Source of the DNA: Verrucomicrobiota bacterium | GTDB taxonomy: Bacteria; Verrucomicrobiota; Verrucomicrobiia; Opitutales; Coraliomargaritaceae | NCBI GenBank assembly: GCA_039815375.1 | Contig: JBCBZJ010000011.1 | Coordinates: 38,192 to 102,191, forward strand | DNA: 64,000 nucleotides | Direction: 5' to 3' | Program-made: the position numbers and the translations under genes | Shown here: positions 37,783-47,249 of the stretch, piece after piece | Layout: each line of letters opens with the position of its first letter | How positions within the stretch are numbered: position 1 is the first letter of the stretch | Notes under the pieces: model-generated | Told to the model about the DNA's origin: nothing | The model's input: the letters and a program-made list of their open reading frames with translations, nothing else | The model's database searches: none

Positions 37783-39186
37783 TCAGTTTTCAGCAGAGGC
37801 CCAGCCGTAGCCTTCCGGTCTCTTACGACTAGTGCTTTTAATTTTAGGAACTTCCCTCAACGGGACAAGCGTCTTTGCCCAAACCTCATGTTTTTTAGAA
37901 AGTTGATCCACAATCTCAGGGAATTCCACAGCAACGTCGTTCAGCTCCTGCGGATCCTTTGACAAGTCGAACAGCTGCCAGGCATCATTTGCCTTGTTCC
38001 AGTAAAGGCGCCAGTCCTTCCATCTCACTGCGATTAGATGTCGGTGTTTGGCATCCGTCGGGTCGTTATTCAACCAGTAGATGTATTCGTGAGCGTCTCC
38101 CTCTTGCTCACCTTTGAGATACGGGAAAATGTCCACACCATCTAAATGGCTTGGCAATTCTGCACCTGCTAACACAGCGATGGTTGCATAGAAATCAACT
38201 GTCGCGGTCAAACCGGTGTAGGTCGTTCCCGACGGCAGGGTCTCTGGCATTGAATAAATCGCCGGGACACGAACCCAGCCTTCTTGCTGTGTGCCACTAC
38301 CTTTACCACCTCGATAAGGCGTTGAGCTGCCACCCTCAGTTAGGTTGGCACCATTGTCGCTACCAAAAATGACCAGGGTCTTTTCGCGCAAATTCAAAGC
38401 TTCCAATGCCTGCATCACTTTACCCACCTGATCATCGACTGATACGATTGCCCCAGCCAACGGTTTACGTTTTGCATTTGCTGTGGTGCGACTGGTCAAC
38501 CGCTCCGGTGCTTCTGCACTCGTGGAATGGACTGCTTCTGGCGACCAATAGAGAAAAAAGGGACGATCCTTGTGGCGGGTAATGAAATTAACGGCCATAT
38601 CCCCATCATAATCCGTTTGCCAACCATCGCTACCATCCTGGTTCTCATACACAAACTTGCCCTTACCATTGAGCTTTTTCATTTGCTTTTGCAGATTCTT
38701 GGGCATGGCAGCGATCTCTGCATCAGTATATCGCTTGCGCGGCGGAATCCTCGCGACTTCCATAAAGCCGGTATTCAATGGCTTTTGCAAAGGTGAGCCT
38801 ATATCCCACTTGCCGATATGGCCGGTTACATAGCCTCGATCCTGCATGAATTGTGACAGTGTCGGGCGATCATCGGGTATCGGCAAACCTCTTGACATGC
38901 CATACTTTCCAAAACGCTGGGCATATTGCCCCATATAAAGGCTGCAACGACTTGGGCAGCAGGGAGGGTTCGTAATATAAGTCGCTGTCGTGAGCACCCC
39001 CTCCTCTGTCAGTCGATCCAAATGAGGCGTCGGGATGTCCTTTGCACCATACGGACTGGTGTCACCATATCCCAAGTCATCGATAAAGATCAGGACAACG
39101 TTAGGCTTTTCTTCTTCGGCACTGGACCGATGCGATGCACAAAAGCTAAGGACTGCCACTATGATTGAAACTTTGAAAAATTGCAT
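37783..39186 (-). CDS. Sulfatase (S1)
   Basis: KPNVVLIFIDDLGYGD, PCCPSRCSL, HIGKWDIG, GSDNGA, EGWVRVP, LFDLSKDPQELNDVA. Confidence 0.9.
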   Translation of the reverse strand: MQFFKVSIIVAVLSFCASHRSSAEEEKPNVVLIFIDDLGYGDTSPYGAKDIPTPHLDRLTEEGVLTTATYITNPPCCPSRCSLYMGQYAQRFGKYGMSRGLPIPDDRPTLSQFMQDRGYVTGHIGKWDIGSPLQKPLNTGFMEVARIPPRKRYTDAEIAAMPKNLQKQMKKLNGKGKFVYENQDGSDGWQTDYDGDMAVNFITRHKDRPFFLYWSPEAVHSTSAEAPERLTSRTTANAKRKPLAGAIVSVDDQVGKVMQALEALNLREKTLVIFGSDNGANLTEGGSSTPYRGGKGSGTQQEGWVRVPAIYSMPETLPSGTTYTGLTATVDFYATIAVLAGAELPSHLDGVDIFPYLKGEQEGDAHEYIYWLNNDPTDAKHRHLIAVRWKDWRLYWNKANDAWQLFDLSKDPQELNDVAVEFPEIVDQLSKKHEVWAKTLVPLREVPKIKSTSRKRPEGYGWASAEN

Positions 39187-39802
39187 CAGGTCTGAGTTGA
39201 GAGTTTAGAACCGGGGTAGATCCAAAATGGAGAAAAGAAATTGTTGAGATCTAGAACATCTGTAGCACCCCAAATGCTTCTTCAACTGAGCAGCTTTTTC
39301 TCGATACCACTCAATGAGATTATTAGTTTTTACACTTGTGGGTTATGATCAATCTATTGCAGAGGGCACAGGATAGACATCTTGGTATTAGCCATAAACT
39401 TTGAACTTGAGCAAGCCCAGAGAACTATGCGGTCTCTGAGATATTTTGCGAATGACAATAATTGGCAAAAATGAAGTGAGGTTCATCGATCATAATCAGA
39501 TCACGGTTTAGGCATCTGAAGTAGAACTTGCTTTCGCCAACTATGTCTTCGCTGAAGAAATCCCACCACTCTGCCCTCGGGTAAAAAATACGTTACCCGG
39601 AAAACAACTACCTCTTAGAACCTTCAATGCCGGCAGACGCAAAAGCTCTGCAGCTCATAGGTATCTACCGATTTAGAATTCTCACCCTGCAAGTGTGTTC
39701 GAGCTAGCCGAGCTACTTAAACAAAGCACATACACTCTGCACTACGAAACAAACGATCAGCTGGAAAACCACGTATCAATAAAATCAAAAGAGCCAAGTT
39801 TA

Positions 39803-41635
39803 CTACTTTTTCCTCTTAGCTTTAGTAAGTCTGCGGGCTGGCGGAGCTGCCGATTCGACAACCTCGGCAACCGCTTCTTCTTTGTCCATACGGCTATTGG
39901 TAATTCTCTGCTGCACAATGGTGAGAATATTCTGTACCGTCCAGTAGAGGGTAAGGCCGGATGAGAAATTGTAGAGGAACACGAGGAAGATAAGCGGCAT
40001 GAACTTGAAGATCTTCTGCTGCATCGGATCCGCTGTTGGCGAGACTGGCATCATGTGCATCTGCAGAAACATGGTGCCACCCATCAGAAGAGGTAGAAGG
40101 TTCAAGGGAATACCACCTATTTCCAGAATTGTATCGGGCTGCGAAAGGTCCGCGACCCAAAGGAAAGGCTCATGACGCAGCTCGGAAGCAGTGCGCAGCA
40201 TATAGAATAGACCGAGAAAAATCGGCATCTGGATCAGCATCGGGAGGCAACCGGCGAGCGGGTTAACCTGATGCTCCTTAAAGAGCCGCATGGTCTCCTG
40301 CTGCATCTTCTGCGGGTTGTCCTTATACTTCTCCTTGAGCTCCTGCATCGGACCCTGAATCTTGGCCATGCGCTTCTGAGACTGACTGGCCTTTGCCGTG
40401 AGCGGCCAGAAGAGCAGCTTGATGCAGATTGTCATAATCACGATGGACCAACCCCAGCTCGGAACGAGGGAGTGGATACCATACATGAAAGCGAGTAGTA
40501 GCTTACTGAAGAAGCCGAGGAACCCGAACTGCATGACTAGATCCTGCTCATTGCCGAGCGACTGCAGGCGTTTGAACTCCTTAGGGCCGACATAGAATTC
40601 AAAATCCATCGAGTTACTGGTGCTTGCTGCTACCGTCCCGACTACATAGCCCACACTCCCGGAGATACCAGGACGATCCGGTGCGGCGTCGCCGTCTCGA
40701 GGCGCCTCGACTGGGTAAACCAAAACTTCTTTGCCAAGCCGCTCGGACGACAGAACGCTGGTGAAAAACTGGTTCTTCACTGATGTCCATTCAATGCGGG
40801 CCAGTTCGGTAATCTGATCTTTTGGTGCACTGGCTCCAATACCGAGGAAACCACTACCGCCAGTCAGCTTGTTAACCGGAATAAACTTGGATTTGTCTCC
40901 ATTGTAAAAGCCTACGTTCAGATAATTCGGCTGGCTGTTAGGGGAAATCGGACGTGCCGTTCCGAGGTTGAGATAGATGGTGGAAAGGGCCTTGGGCTTC
41001 TCACCGAGGTTCGAAAAGGTTGTATTATGGCTAATGACGTAGGGGTCTTCACCATTATCACCCGTTGAAATCGTGTAAGTCCGACGAATAATAAGTCCAT
41101 CTCCAGCATCCAGAGCGAAAGTGATTGAGTCACTCGTCTTACTTTCAATCACATAATCGAGATTAAACTCGCGCATCTGGCCTTCTCCCGCATCCAGACT
41201 CAGGCTCAAAGCGGGTAGATAGCCACCCGCATTGAAGATATAATCATCACGCTCACCACGCTTGGTCTGGAGGAAATGGACCATTCGAATAGCACCTCCA
41301 CGTGTTGTGAAGTCTGCTTCGATAAAATCATTGGACAGCGTGATTGTCGTCTCCTCTGTGACAGCTACGGAAGGAGCTTCTTCCATTGTCGTTTCCGCTA
41401 CCTCCTGTGCGAGGAGTCCAAGCATTGAACCGGAATCGTCCACTGATCCCTGATCTTCGGCACTTGACTCGATTATCGCGTCTGCAGGAGTCGTCGACTC
41501 AGTGGTGTCTGAAAGCGTCTCTTCTTGCTGCATCTGCTCAATGCGTTGCTCCTCTAGCTCCTTAGCCTGCCAGAACATAAAGCCGATACCGGCTGCAATA
41601 AAGATAATGCCTAAAAATGTGTTCTTCTTATCCAT
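39803..41635 (-). CDS. yidC: Membrane protein insertase YidC
   Basis: N-terminal TM, periplasmic domain ending FYVGPKE, WGWSIVIMT, GCLPMLIQMPIF, DLSQPD, SGLTLYWTVQN; in the rpmH-rnpA-yidD-yidC operon. Confidence 0.97.
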   Translation of the reverse strand: MDKKNTFLGIIFIAAGIGFMFWQAKELEEQRIEQMQQEETLSDTTESTTPADAIIESSAEDQGSVDDSGSMLGLLAQEVAETTMEEAPSVAVTEETTITLSNDFIEADFTTRGGAIRMVHFLQTKRGERDDYIFNAGGYLPALSLSLDAGEGQMREFNLDYVIESKTSDSITFALDAGDGLIIRRTYTISTGDNGEDPYVISHNTTFSNLGEKPKALSTIYLNLGTARPISPNSQPNYLNVGFYNGDKSKFIPVNKLTGGSGFLGIGASAPKDQITELARIEWTSVKNQFFTSVLSSERLGKEVLVYPVEAPRDGDAAPDRPGISGSVGYVVGTVAASTSNSMDFEFYVGPKEFKRLQSLGNEQDLVMQFGFLGFFSKLLLAFMYGIHSLVPSWGWSIVIMTICIKLLFWPLTAKASQSQKRMAKIQGPMQELKEKYKDNPQKMQQETMRLFKEHQVNPLAGCLPMLIQMPIFLGLFYMLRTASELRHEPFLWVADLSQPDTILEIGGIPLNLLPLLMGGTMFLQMHMMPVSPTADPMQQKIFKFMPLIFLVFLYNFSSGLTLYWTVQNILTIVQQRITNSRMDKEEAVAEVVESAAPPARRLTKAKRKK

Positions 41636-41818
41636 CTATATTCGTTTCGAAGGGAGCGGCTATGTCCTGTATATCTCTGCTTTTCAAGTCCGGAACCATA
41701 TCATAACCTCCGGCGTTCCATTGGTGACATCGTAGAATGCAAGCCGATGCGAGTAGAGACGAATCATAGCGCACACTGCGAACGCCGCGAATGAGGACTC
41801 TTTACCGAAGAAATTCAC
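41628..41818 (-). pseudogene. yidD: yidD relic with internal deletion and frameshift
   Basis: GTG start overlapping the rnpA stop reads ..FAAFAVCAMIRLY. A different frame reads SLLASACILRCHQWNAGGYDMVP..DG* (YidD C-terminal motif). The central CRFxPTCS segment is absent and the span is 191 nt, not a multiple of 3. Confidence 0.8.
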
Positions 41819-42186
41819 AGTGGAGACTTCTCCTGACCCATTTTGCTACAAAGAGTTGCACAAGCCTTTAAGAAACGATCCTCCAAATCAGAAAAGTTGT
41901 GCTTATCAAAGCCCGATCTAATTACGACAACTACGCGGGAACCTCCAGGAAGGGCATTTTGGTGATGCCGGAACAACTCCCGAAACACACGTTTGCCACG
42001 GTTGCGCTTGACTGCATTACCCACTCGACGGCTCGCAATAACACCTAGCTTCGGCGGAGCCGAAAGGTGACTGCCAGTAAGATCGCACTGCACAATGAAA
42101 GGCCCGCAGTGGATGCGATGCCTGGAGCTGCGGACCTCTAGAAAATCGCTTTGAATGCGCAAGCGCTGTGAAGCCGGGATACCCAT
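41815..42186 (-). CDS. rnpA: Ribonuclease P protein component
   Basis: LGVIASRRVGNAVKRNRGKRVFRE (RNR motif); downstream of rpmH. Confidence 0.93.
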   Translation of the reverse strand: MGIPASQRLRIQSDFLEVRSSRHRIHCGPFIVQCDLTGSHLSAPPKLGVIASRRVGNAVKRNRGKRVFRELFRHHQNALPGGSRVVVVIRSGFDKHNFSDLEDRFLKACATLCSKMGQEKSPL

Positions 42187-42213
42187 GCTTCTGGAGGGAG
42201 GCGTAATGCTCCC

Positions 42214-42354
42214 CTAGACGGAGGCTGACAGACGGTAGCGACCCTTGGCTCGTCGGGCTGCAAGAACTTTGCGGCCACTATGTGTTTTTTTACGAGCACG
42301 GAAGCCGAACTTACGAGCACGCTTAAGCTTAGAAGGTCTAAATGTTGGTTTCAT
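42214..42354 (-). CDS. rpmH: 50S ribosomal protein L34
   Basis: [46 protein letters not shown]. Confidence 0.97.
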   Translation of the reverse strand: MKPTFRPSKLKRARKFGFRARKKTHSGRKVLAARRAKGRYRLSASV

Positions 42355-42376
42355 GAAAGATAAGGCTTTAAAATTG

Positions 42377-42417
42377 GAAAAGCGGAGGAGAAAAACGCGT
42401 GGTCCTAGCACTGTCAA
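42377..42417 (-). promoter_or_regulatory. Putative sigma70 promoter of rpmH
   Basis: TTGACA-N17-TTTTCT-N5-GCTTTTC on the minus strand. Confidence 0.55.
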
Positions 42418-42557
42418 GGCCTCAAGAGTCCGATATTTACCGAACAAATGGCATTTCTAGTGGGCTTTTTGAAAAAAAAGCGTGAATCCCGAAAGCGTCA
42501 AATTGTCACTTGCCTTAGATTAAGGGGATACTACAAAAGAAAATTGTTTTTTTCATT

Positions 42558-43703
42558 ATGGCCACTCTCAGTTCGAAAGCATCCTCCGGCGGAAAAAAGA
42601 AACGAAGCTTCATGGAGGGCCAAAGGCTCGCCAAACAAAAATCCTACGAGAAGCAGGCTAAACGAAAGAAGATCAAGCTCGAAGAGCTTACAATCTTCAC
42701 TCAGCAATTGGCGGCCATGCTCGAGGCTGGACTTCCCCTTGTTGGCGCGCTTGAAGCGCTTGAGGAGCAAACAGAAAGCCCGGTCTTCCGAATTATCATA
42801 CGTAATGTAAAGAACGATGTATCTGCAGGCCGCTCCTTTTCGGAAGCCTGTGCAGAATACCCCAGAGCCTTTCCGAATCTCTTCGTCTCAATGGTCGAGG
42901 CCGGTGAGGCCAGTGGTAGTTTGGCTGAGATCCTGGATAAGACCTCCACCTATTTCGAAGACACCGTCAAACTGATGAAGCAAGTAAAGGGTGCGCTTGT
43001 TTATCCGGCTGTTGTGATCGGGCTGGCGATTGTCTTGGTAAATGTTCTGCTGGTTTTTGTTATTCCGGTTTTCGCAGACATGTTCACCGATTTTGGAGCC
43101 GAACTGCCGAAACCTACCCAGATATTGATCGGGCTAAGCGACTTCCTTAAGAGCTATATTATTTTCCTGATCATCGGCATGGTGATCATTTTTTGGCTAA
43201 TCAACCGGTTTATATCCACTCCGCGCGGCCGTATCGTTAAGGATAATGTAATCTCGAAGCTTCCGGTCGTTGGTGAGCTCACAAGGAAGGTAAACCTATC
43301 ACGTTTTTGCCGCACTTACGCAATTCTAATGCGCTCCGGGGTACCTATCCTGAAAACTCTGGACATTGTCTCTTCCGCATCGGGTAACATATTTGTTGAA
43401 AGAGCCTGCAAGAATATTTCCAAACATATTAGTGCGGGTGGCCAAGTCTCCGAAGTCATGTCTGATGACTCTTACTTCCCTCCCATGGTGAAGCACATGA
43501 GCAAAGCGGGCGAGCAAACTGGAAACGTGGACGGTATGCTTGTAAAGGTTGCAGACTTCTACGATGCCGAAGTTGAAACACTTGTAGCTGCGCTCACATC
43601 TTTGATGGAACCGCTTCTTATTACTTTCCTCGGCGTTGTTATCGGCGGCATCGTGATGGCCATGTTCCTGCCGATCTTCCAGCTTTCGAGCGTGGTCGGC
43701 TAG
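42558..43703 (+). CDS. pilC: Type II secretion/type IV pilus inner-membrane platform protein (GspF/PilC family)
   Basis: FTQQLAAMLEAGLPL, MVEAGEASGSL, ALVYP, LPKPTQ, GEQTGNVDGML, LMEPLLI, AMFLPIF. Confidence 0.9.
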   Translation: MATLSSKASSGGKKKRSFMEGQRLAKQKSYEKQAKRKKIKLEELTIFTQQLAAMLEAGLPLVGALEALEEQTESPVFRIIIRNVKNDVSAGRSFSEACAEYPRAFPNLFVSMVEAGEASGSLAEILDKTSTYFEDTVKLMKQVKGALVYPAVVIGLAIVLVNVLLVFVIPVFADMFTDFGAELPKPTQILIGLSDFLKSYIIFLIIGMVIIFWLINRFISTPRGRIVKDNVISKLPVVGELTRKVNLSRFCRTYAILMRSGVPILKTLDIVSSASGNIFVERACKNISKHISAGGQVSEVMSDDSYFPPMVKHMSKAGEQTGNVDGMLVKVADFYDAEVETLVAALTSLMEPLLITFLGVVIGGIVMAMFLPIFQLSSVVG

Positions 43704-43757
43704 AACACGGAGCAATACGCTTAGAGCGCATTGGCGACAGGATATAGGAAGGCTACG

Positions 43758-45116
43758 CTACGCTGCGTCGGCAGGGTCGCTATCTGATTTGATCTGCGGT
43801 GCCTCTTCAGTCACTTCCTCCTGCTTAAAATGAAGTTTAGGCTTACCCCGCCCTTCCACAACAGCACGGTTGATCACAACCTTTTCGACATTTTCGGTCT
43901 GCGGCAACTCATACATCACATCCAACATGATGCGCTCCATGATTGAACGAAGCGCACGGGCACCAGTTTTTAATTTAATTGCCTTTTCCGCGATTGCAGC
44001 AACTGCGTCACGGGTAAAGTGAAGCGTGGCTCCCTCCATCGAAAAGAGCTTACCGTATTGCTTGACCAATGAGTTTTTCGTATTTTGGAGAATATGCTCA
44101 AGATCCGACCGACTTAGCTCATCAAGCACAGCAATCATGGGAAGACGGCCAATAAACTCCGGAATCATACCGAAGTGAACCAAGTCCTCGGGCTGTGTTT
44201 CCCGAAGAAGCTCGCTCACTGGCACCTCGCTTTGACGGACATTGTGTGTCGTATCAAAGCCCATCGCCTTGGAACCAATCCGACTCTGGACGATCTTGTC
44301 GAGACCTACAAAGGCTCCGCCGCAAATGAACAGGATGTTGGACGTATCTAGCTGAATGTACTCCTGATTCGGATGCTTACGCCCACCTTGAGGTGGCACA
44401 TTACAAACCGTTCCTTCCAAAATTTTGAGCAACGCCTGTTGAACGCCTTCACCGGAAACGTCACGCGTAATGGAGACATTGTCTGTCTTACGTCCGATTT
44501 TGTCGATTTCGTCGACGTAGATGATTCCACACTCGGCTTTTTTCACATCGTAATCGGCCGATTGGAGTAAGCGTAGGACGATATTTTCAACATCTTCTCC
44601 AACATAACCAGCTTCGGTCAGCGTGGTAGCGTCTGCTATAGCAAAAGGCACATCCAGCATCTTCGCCATGGTGCGAGCCAGAAGCGTCTTGCCACTACCA
44701 GTCGGTCCCAGCAGGAGAATGTTACTCTTCTCGATCTGAACATCAGCAAACTTGCTATCAATATCCGCAAAATCAGTCGCAGCCTCAAGGCGTTCTTCGG
44801 CACGCAACCGCTTATAGTGATTGTATACAGCAACAGACAGGGCGCGTTTCGCATAATCCTGACTGATGATATGTTCATCAAGACGGGCGGTTATCTCCGC
44901 CGGCCTCAGTAAGTTAAAGCGACTGTCTCTCTGTTCTGTTGGTTTAGCAGCTGCCGGCTCTGCTCCATCAGAAAGCTCACGGTCAATGATGGTTTTGCAC
45001 ACGGATACACAGGAATCGCAAATGTGAACTCCGGCAGGACCGGCGATCATCTTACGAACTTCGTTCTGCGCTTTACCGCAGAACGAGCAGAATGTCATAC
45101 GTGTGGACTTGGCCAT
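43758..45116 (-). CDS. clpX: ATP-dependent Clp protease ATP-binding subunit ClpX
   Basis: CSFCGK zinc finger, [53 protein letters not shown]. Confidence 0.98.
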   Translation of the reverse strand: MAKSTRMTFCSFCGKAQNEVRKMIAGPAGVHICDSCVSVCKTIIDRELSDGAEPAAAKPTEQRDSRFNLLRPAEITARLDEHIISQDYAKRALSVAVYNHYKRLRAEERLEAATDFADIDSKFADVQIEKSNILLLGPTGSGKTLLARTMAKMLDVPFAIADATTLTEAGYVGEDVENIVLRLLQSADYDVKKAECGIIYVDEIDKIGRKTDNVSITRDVSGEGVQQALLKILEGTVCNVPPQGGRKHPNQEYIQLDTSNILFICGGAFVGLDKIVQSRIGSKAMGFDTTHNVRQSEVPVSELLRETQPEDLVHFGMIPEFIGRLPMIAVLDELSRSDLEHILQNTKNSLVKQYGKLFSMEGATLHFTRDAVAAIAEKAIKLKTGARALRSIMERIMLDVMYELPQTENVEKVVINRAVVEGRGKPKLHFKQEEVTEEAPQIKSDSDPADAA

Positions 45117-45159
45117 CGAATGAAATTTACAGAAATGGCCTTAAAATGGAAGACTCAAC

Positions 45160-45756
45160 TTAAGCGATTGGCTTTGCTTCAATAACTTTATCAACGATGC
45201 CATAATTAAGTGCATCCTGCGCAGTCAGGTAAAAGTCGCGGTCAGAATCGGCAGCAATTTCGGCTGCCGTCTTGTTCGTGTGATTCGCAATCAACTCGTT
45301 CATCTGTTCGCGCCAGCGAACGATCTCGCGCGCGGCAATCGAGATGTCGGATGTTTGGCCGGTCGCACCTCCAGTTGGCTGATGCATCATGACCCGGCTG
45401 TTAGGAAGTGCATAGCGCTTACCTTTTGTGCCGGCCGCGAGCAAAAGCGTCGCCATACTGGCAGCCTGCCCGACACAATAGGTGACGACATCGCATTGAA
45501 GAAAATTCATCGTGTCGTAGATCGCCATACCATCGGTAACACTACCACCCGGGGAATTGATATAGAGGCTAATATCTTTCTTCGGGTCTTCCATCTGCAG
45601 AAAGAGCATCTGCGCGATGACAGCATTAGCCACGAAGTCGTTGATCGGCGTGCCAATGAAAATAATACGGTCTCGAAGAAGACGGCTGTAGATATCCCAT
45701 GCGCGCTCGGTGCGACCCTCGCGCTCATAGACAGTTGGAAGTGGAACGTAACTCAC
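45160..45756 (-). CDS. clpP: ATP-dependent Clp protease proteolytic subunit
   Basis: [22 protein letters not shown] (Ser), MHQP (His), DRDFY (Asp). GTG start at 45756 is inferred. Confidence 0.97.
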   Translation of the reverse strand: MSYVPLPTVYEREGRTERAWDIYSRLLRDRIIFIGTPINDFVANAVIAQMLFLQMEDPKKDISLYINSPGGSVTDGMAIYDTMNFLQCDVVTYCVGQAASMATLLLAAGTKGKRYALPNSRVMMHQPTGGATGQTSDISIAAREIVRWREQMNELIANHTNKTAAEIAADSDRDFYLTAQDALNYGIVDKVIEAKPIA

Positions 45757-45823
45757 GTCTAAAACAAGTAGAGAGACGGAAACGAATATCAACTGCTTTT
45801 ACGATTTCCGTAAAAAGAACTGA

Positions 45824-47167
45824 CTATTCGTCCCCAACTTCAGCCACTGATTCGACAACCTCACGCTCTGCCTTTTCGACGAGCAGATCCATGGTTTTAC
45901 CCAAAATGATGTCTCGACGCATCTGATCAATACGACTTTGATCTTTCTGAATTTCCTTAACGATCTTATCCGGCTTCTCGCCTTGTTGCTGGGCCTGCAT
46001 CATGATCATCCGACTGAAGTCCTCCTGTTCAGCCTTCACCTTTTCCTTCTCGGCAATCTTGCCGAGAATCAGGCGGGACTTGAGGCGATCATAAGCAGCT
46101 TGGCTTGCGCCCGTGTGAAGCTGCTCCTTATGCTTCTCAAACTCTTCTGCTGAAACGCCCTGTTGCAGGTTGCGTTGCATAAAATCGCGAAGCACCTCTT
46201 CGGTTTCACTTTCGACGCCGCTCTCCGGAATCGGGAAATCAACCGCTTTCAGAAGCGCAGACGTAATCTGCTGACGCTCGGCATTGGCGTTTTGCTGCTT
46301 CTTTTGGTTTTCAATATTCTCCCCGATGTTCTTGCGAAGGTCCTCTTCGTTCTCAACACCAAGACTTTTTAGAAATTCTTCTGTCATTTCAGGAAGCACT
46401 TTTTCCCGGACTTCCTCAGCTTTTAGGCCGTAAACTGCAGTTTTCCCTGCAAGTGCCTCCGGCTGAAAATCATCAGGAAATTCCATCGTGACTTCCTTCT
46501 CTTCGCCGGCACTCATCCCAACAAGGCCATCGACCACTGCACGCACACCGGGTGCATCCTCGGAACCAGCTTCTTCCCAGGTAACCTTCTGGGTGCCATA
46601 CATCGGCGCGTCCGGGACTAAGTCGGCGACAGCTTCATCACCGATCTTGCCTTCGTAAGAGCAGCGCACATAATCACCCTTTTCAGCGGCTTTCTCGACC
46701 ACGTTATATTCCGCTCGCTGGCTCAGAATCGAGTCGAGCATCTTGTTCACTTCCTCGTCTTTCGGCTCTGTTGGCTCATTGGTTACACTAATACCTTCAT
46801 ATTCGGGGAGCTCAAATTCAGGCACAACATCAACAGTGAAAGTCACCGCTGCGTCCGAACCTGAAGTAATTTCGCCCTCCTCGAGCTCGACAATGCTAAA
46901 AACATCAAATTCTGCTCCAGAGACACCTTCCTGGTGGGCCTTGGAGACAACGCGCTGCTTCAACTCCTGTTTAATATCTTTCGCAAAACGGGTGCGAACC
47001 ATGTTCTCCGGAGCTTTGCCTGGTCGAAAGCCTGGGACCTTGGCCTGACGCTGGAAGTCTTTGATCAACTTGGCCTCCTGCTCGGTCACCTCCTCAGAGG
47101 TAAAAGTAACGGTGATCGTCTTACGGGTTTCGTTGATATCTTTAACGTCGGTTTTCACAGTGCTCAT
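45824..47167 (-). CDS. tig: Trigger factor
   Basis: VPGFRPGKAP ribosome-binding loop, FKBP-like middle domain, upstream of clpP-clpX. Confidence 0.96.
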   Translation of the reverse strand: MSTVKTDVKDINETRKTITVTFTSEEVTEQEAKLIKDFQRQAKVPGFRPGKAPENMVRTRFAKDIKQELKQRVVSKAHQEGVSGAEFDVFSIVELEEGEITSGSDAAVTFTVDVVPEFELPEYEGISVTNEPTEPKDEEVNKMLDSILSQRAEYNVVEKAAEKGDYVRCSYEGKIGDEAVADLVPDAPMYGTQKVTWEEAGSEDAPGVRAVVDGLVGMSAGEEKEVTMEFPDDFQPEALAGKTAVYGLKAEEVREKVLPEMTEEFLKSLGVENEEDLRKNIGENIENQKKQQNANAERQQITSALLKAVDFPIPESGVESETEEVLRDFMQRNLQQGVSAEEFEKHKEQLHTGASQAAYDRLKSRLILGKIAEKEKVKAEQEDFSRMIMMQAQQQGEKPDKIVKEIQKDQSRIDQMRRDIILGKTMDLLVEKAEREVVESVAEVGDE

Positions 47168-47205
47168 ATACTCTAGAAAGAAATTTCGCCGGGGGTCCGG
47201 CAGCA

Positions 47206-47246
47206 GAAAAGCGGGGAAATAAAGGCCAAAGGCATTTTGCGGTCAA
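47206..47246 (-). promoter_or_regulatory. Putative sigma70 promoter of tig
   Basis: TTGACC-N17-TTTATT-N5-GCTTTTC on the minus strand. Confidence 0.55.
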
Positions 47247-47249
47247 TGC

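Noticed and set aside
39695..39964. 89-aa plus-strand ORF at the island junction
   Set aside because: Overlaps the yidC 3' end antisense and has no motif.
42355..42557. oriC/DnaA boxes next to rpmH
   Set aside because: No dnaA and no TTATCCACA cluster seen.
47168..47249. tRNA upstream of tig, as in many bacteria
   Set aside because: No cloverleaf or T-loop; the gap is explained by a promoter.
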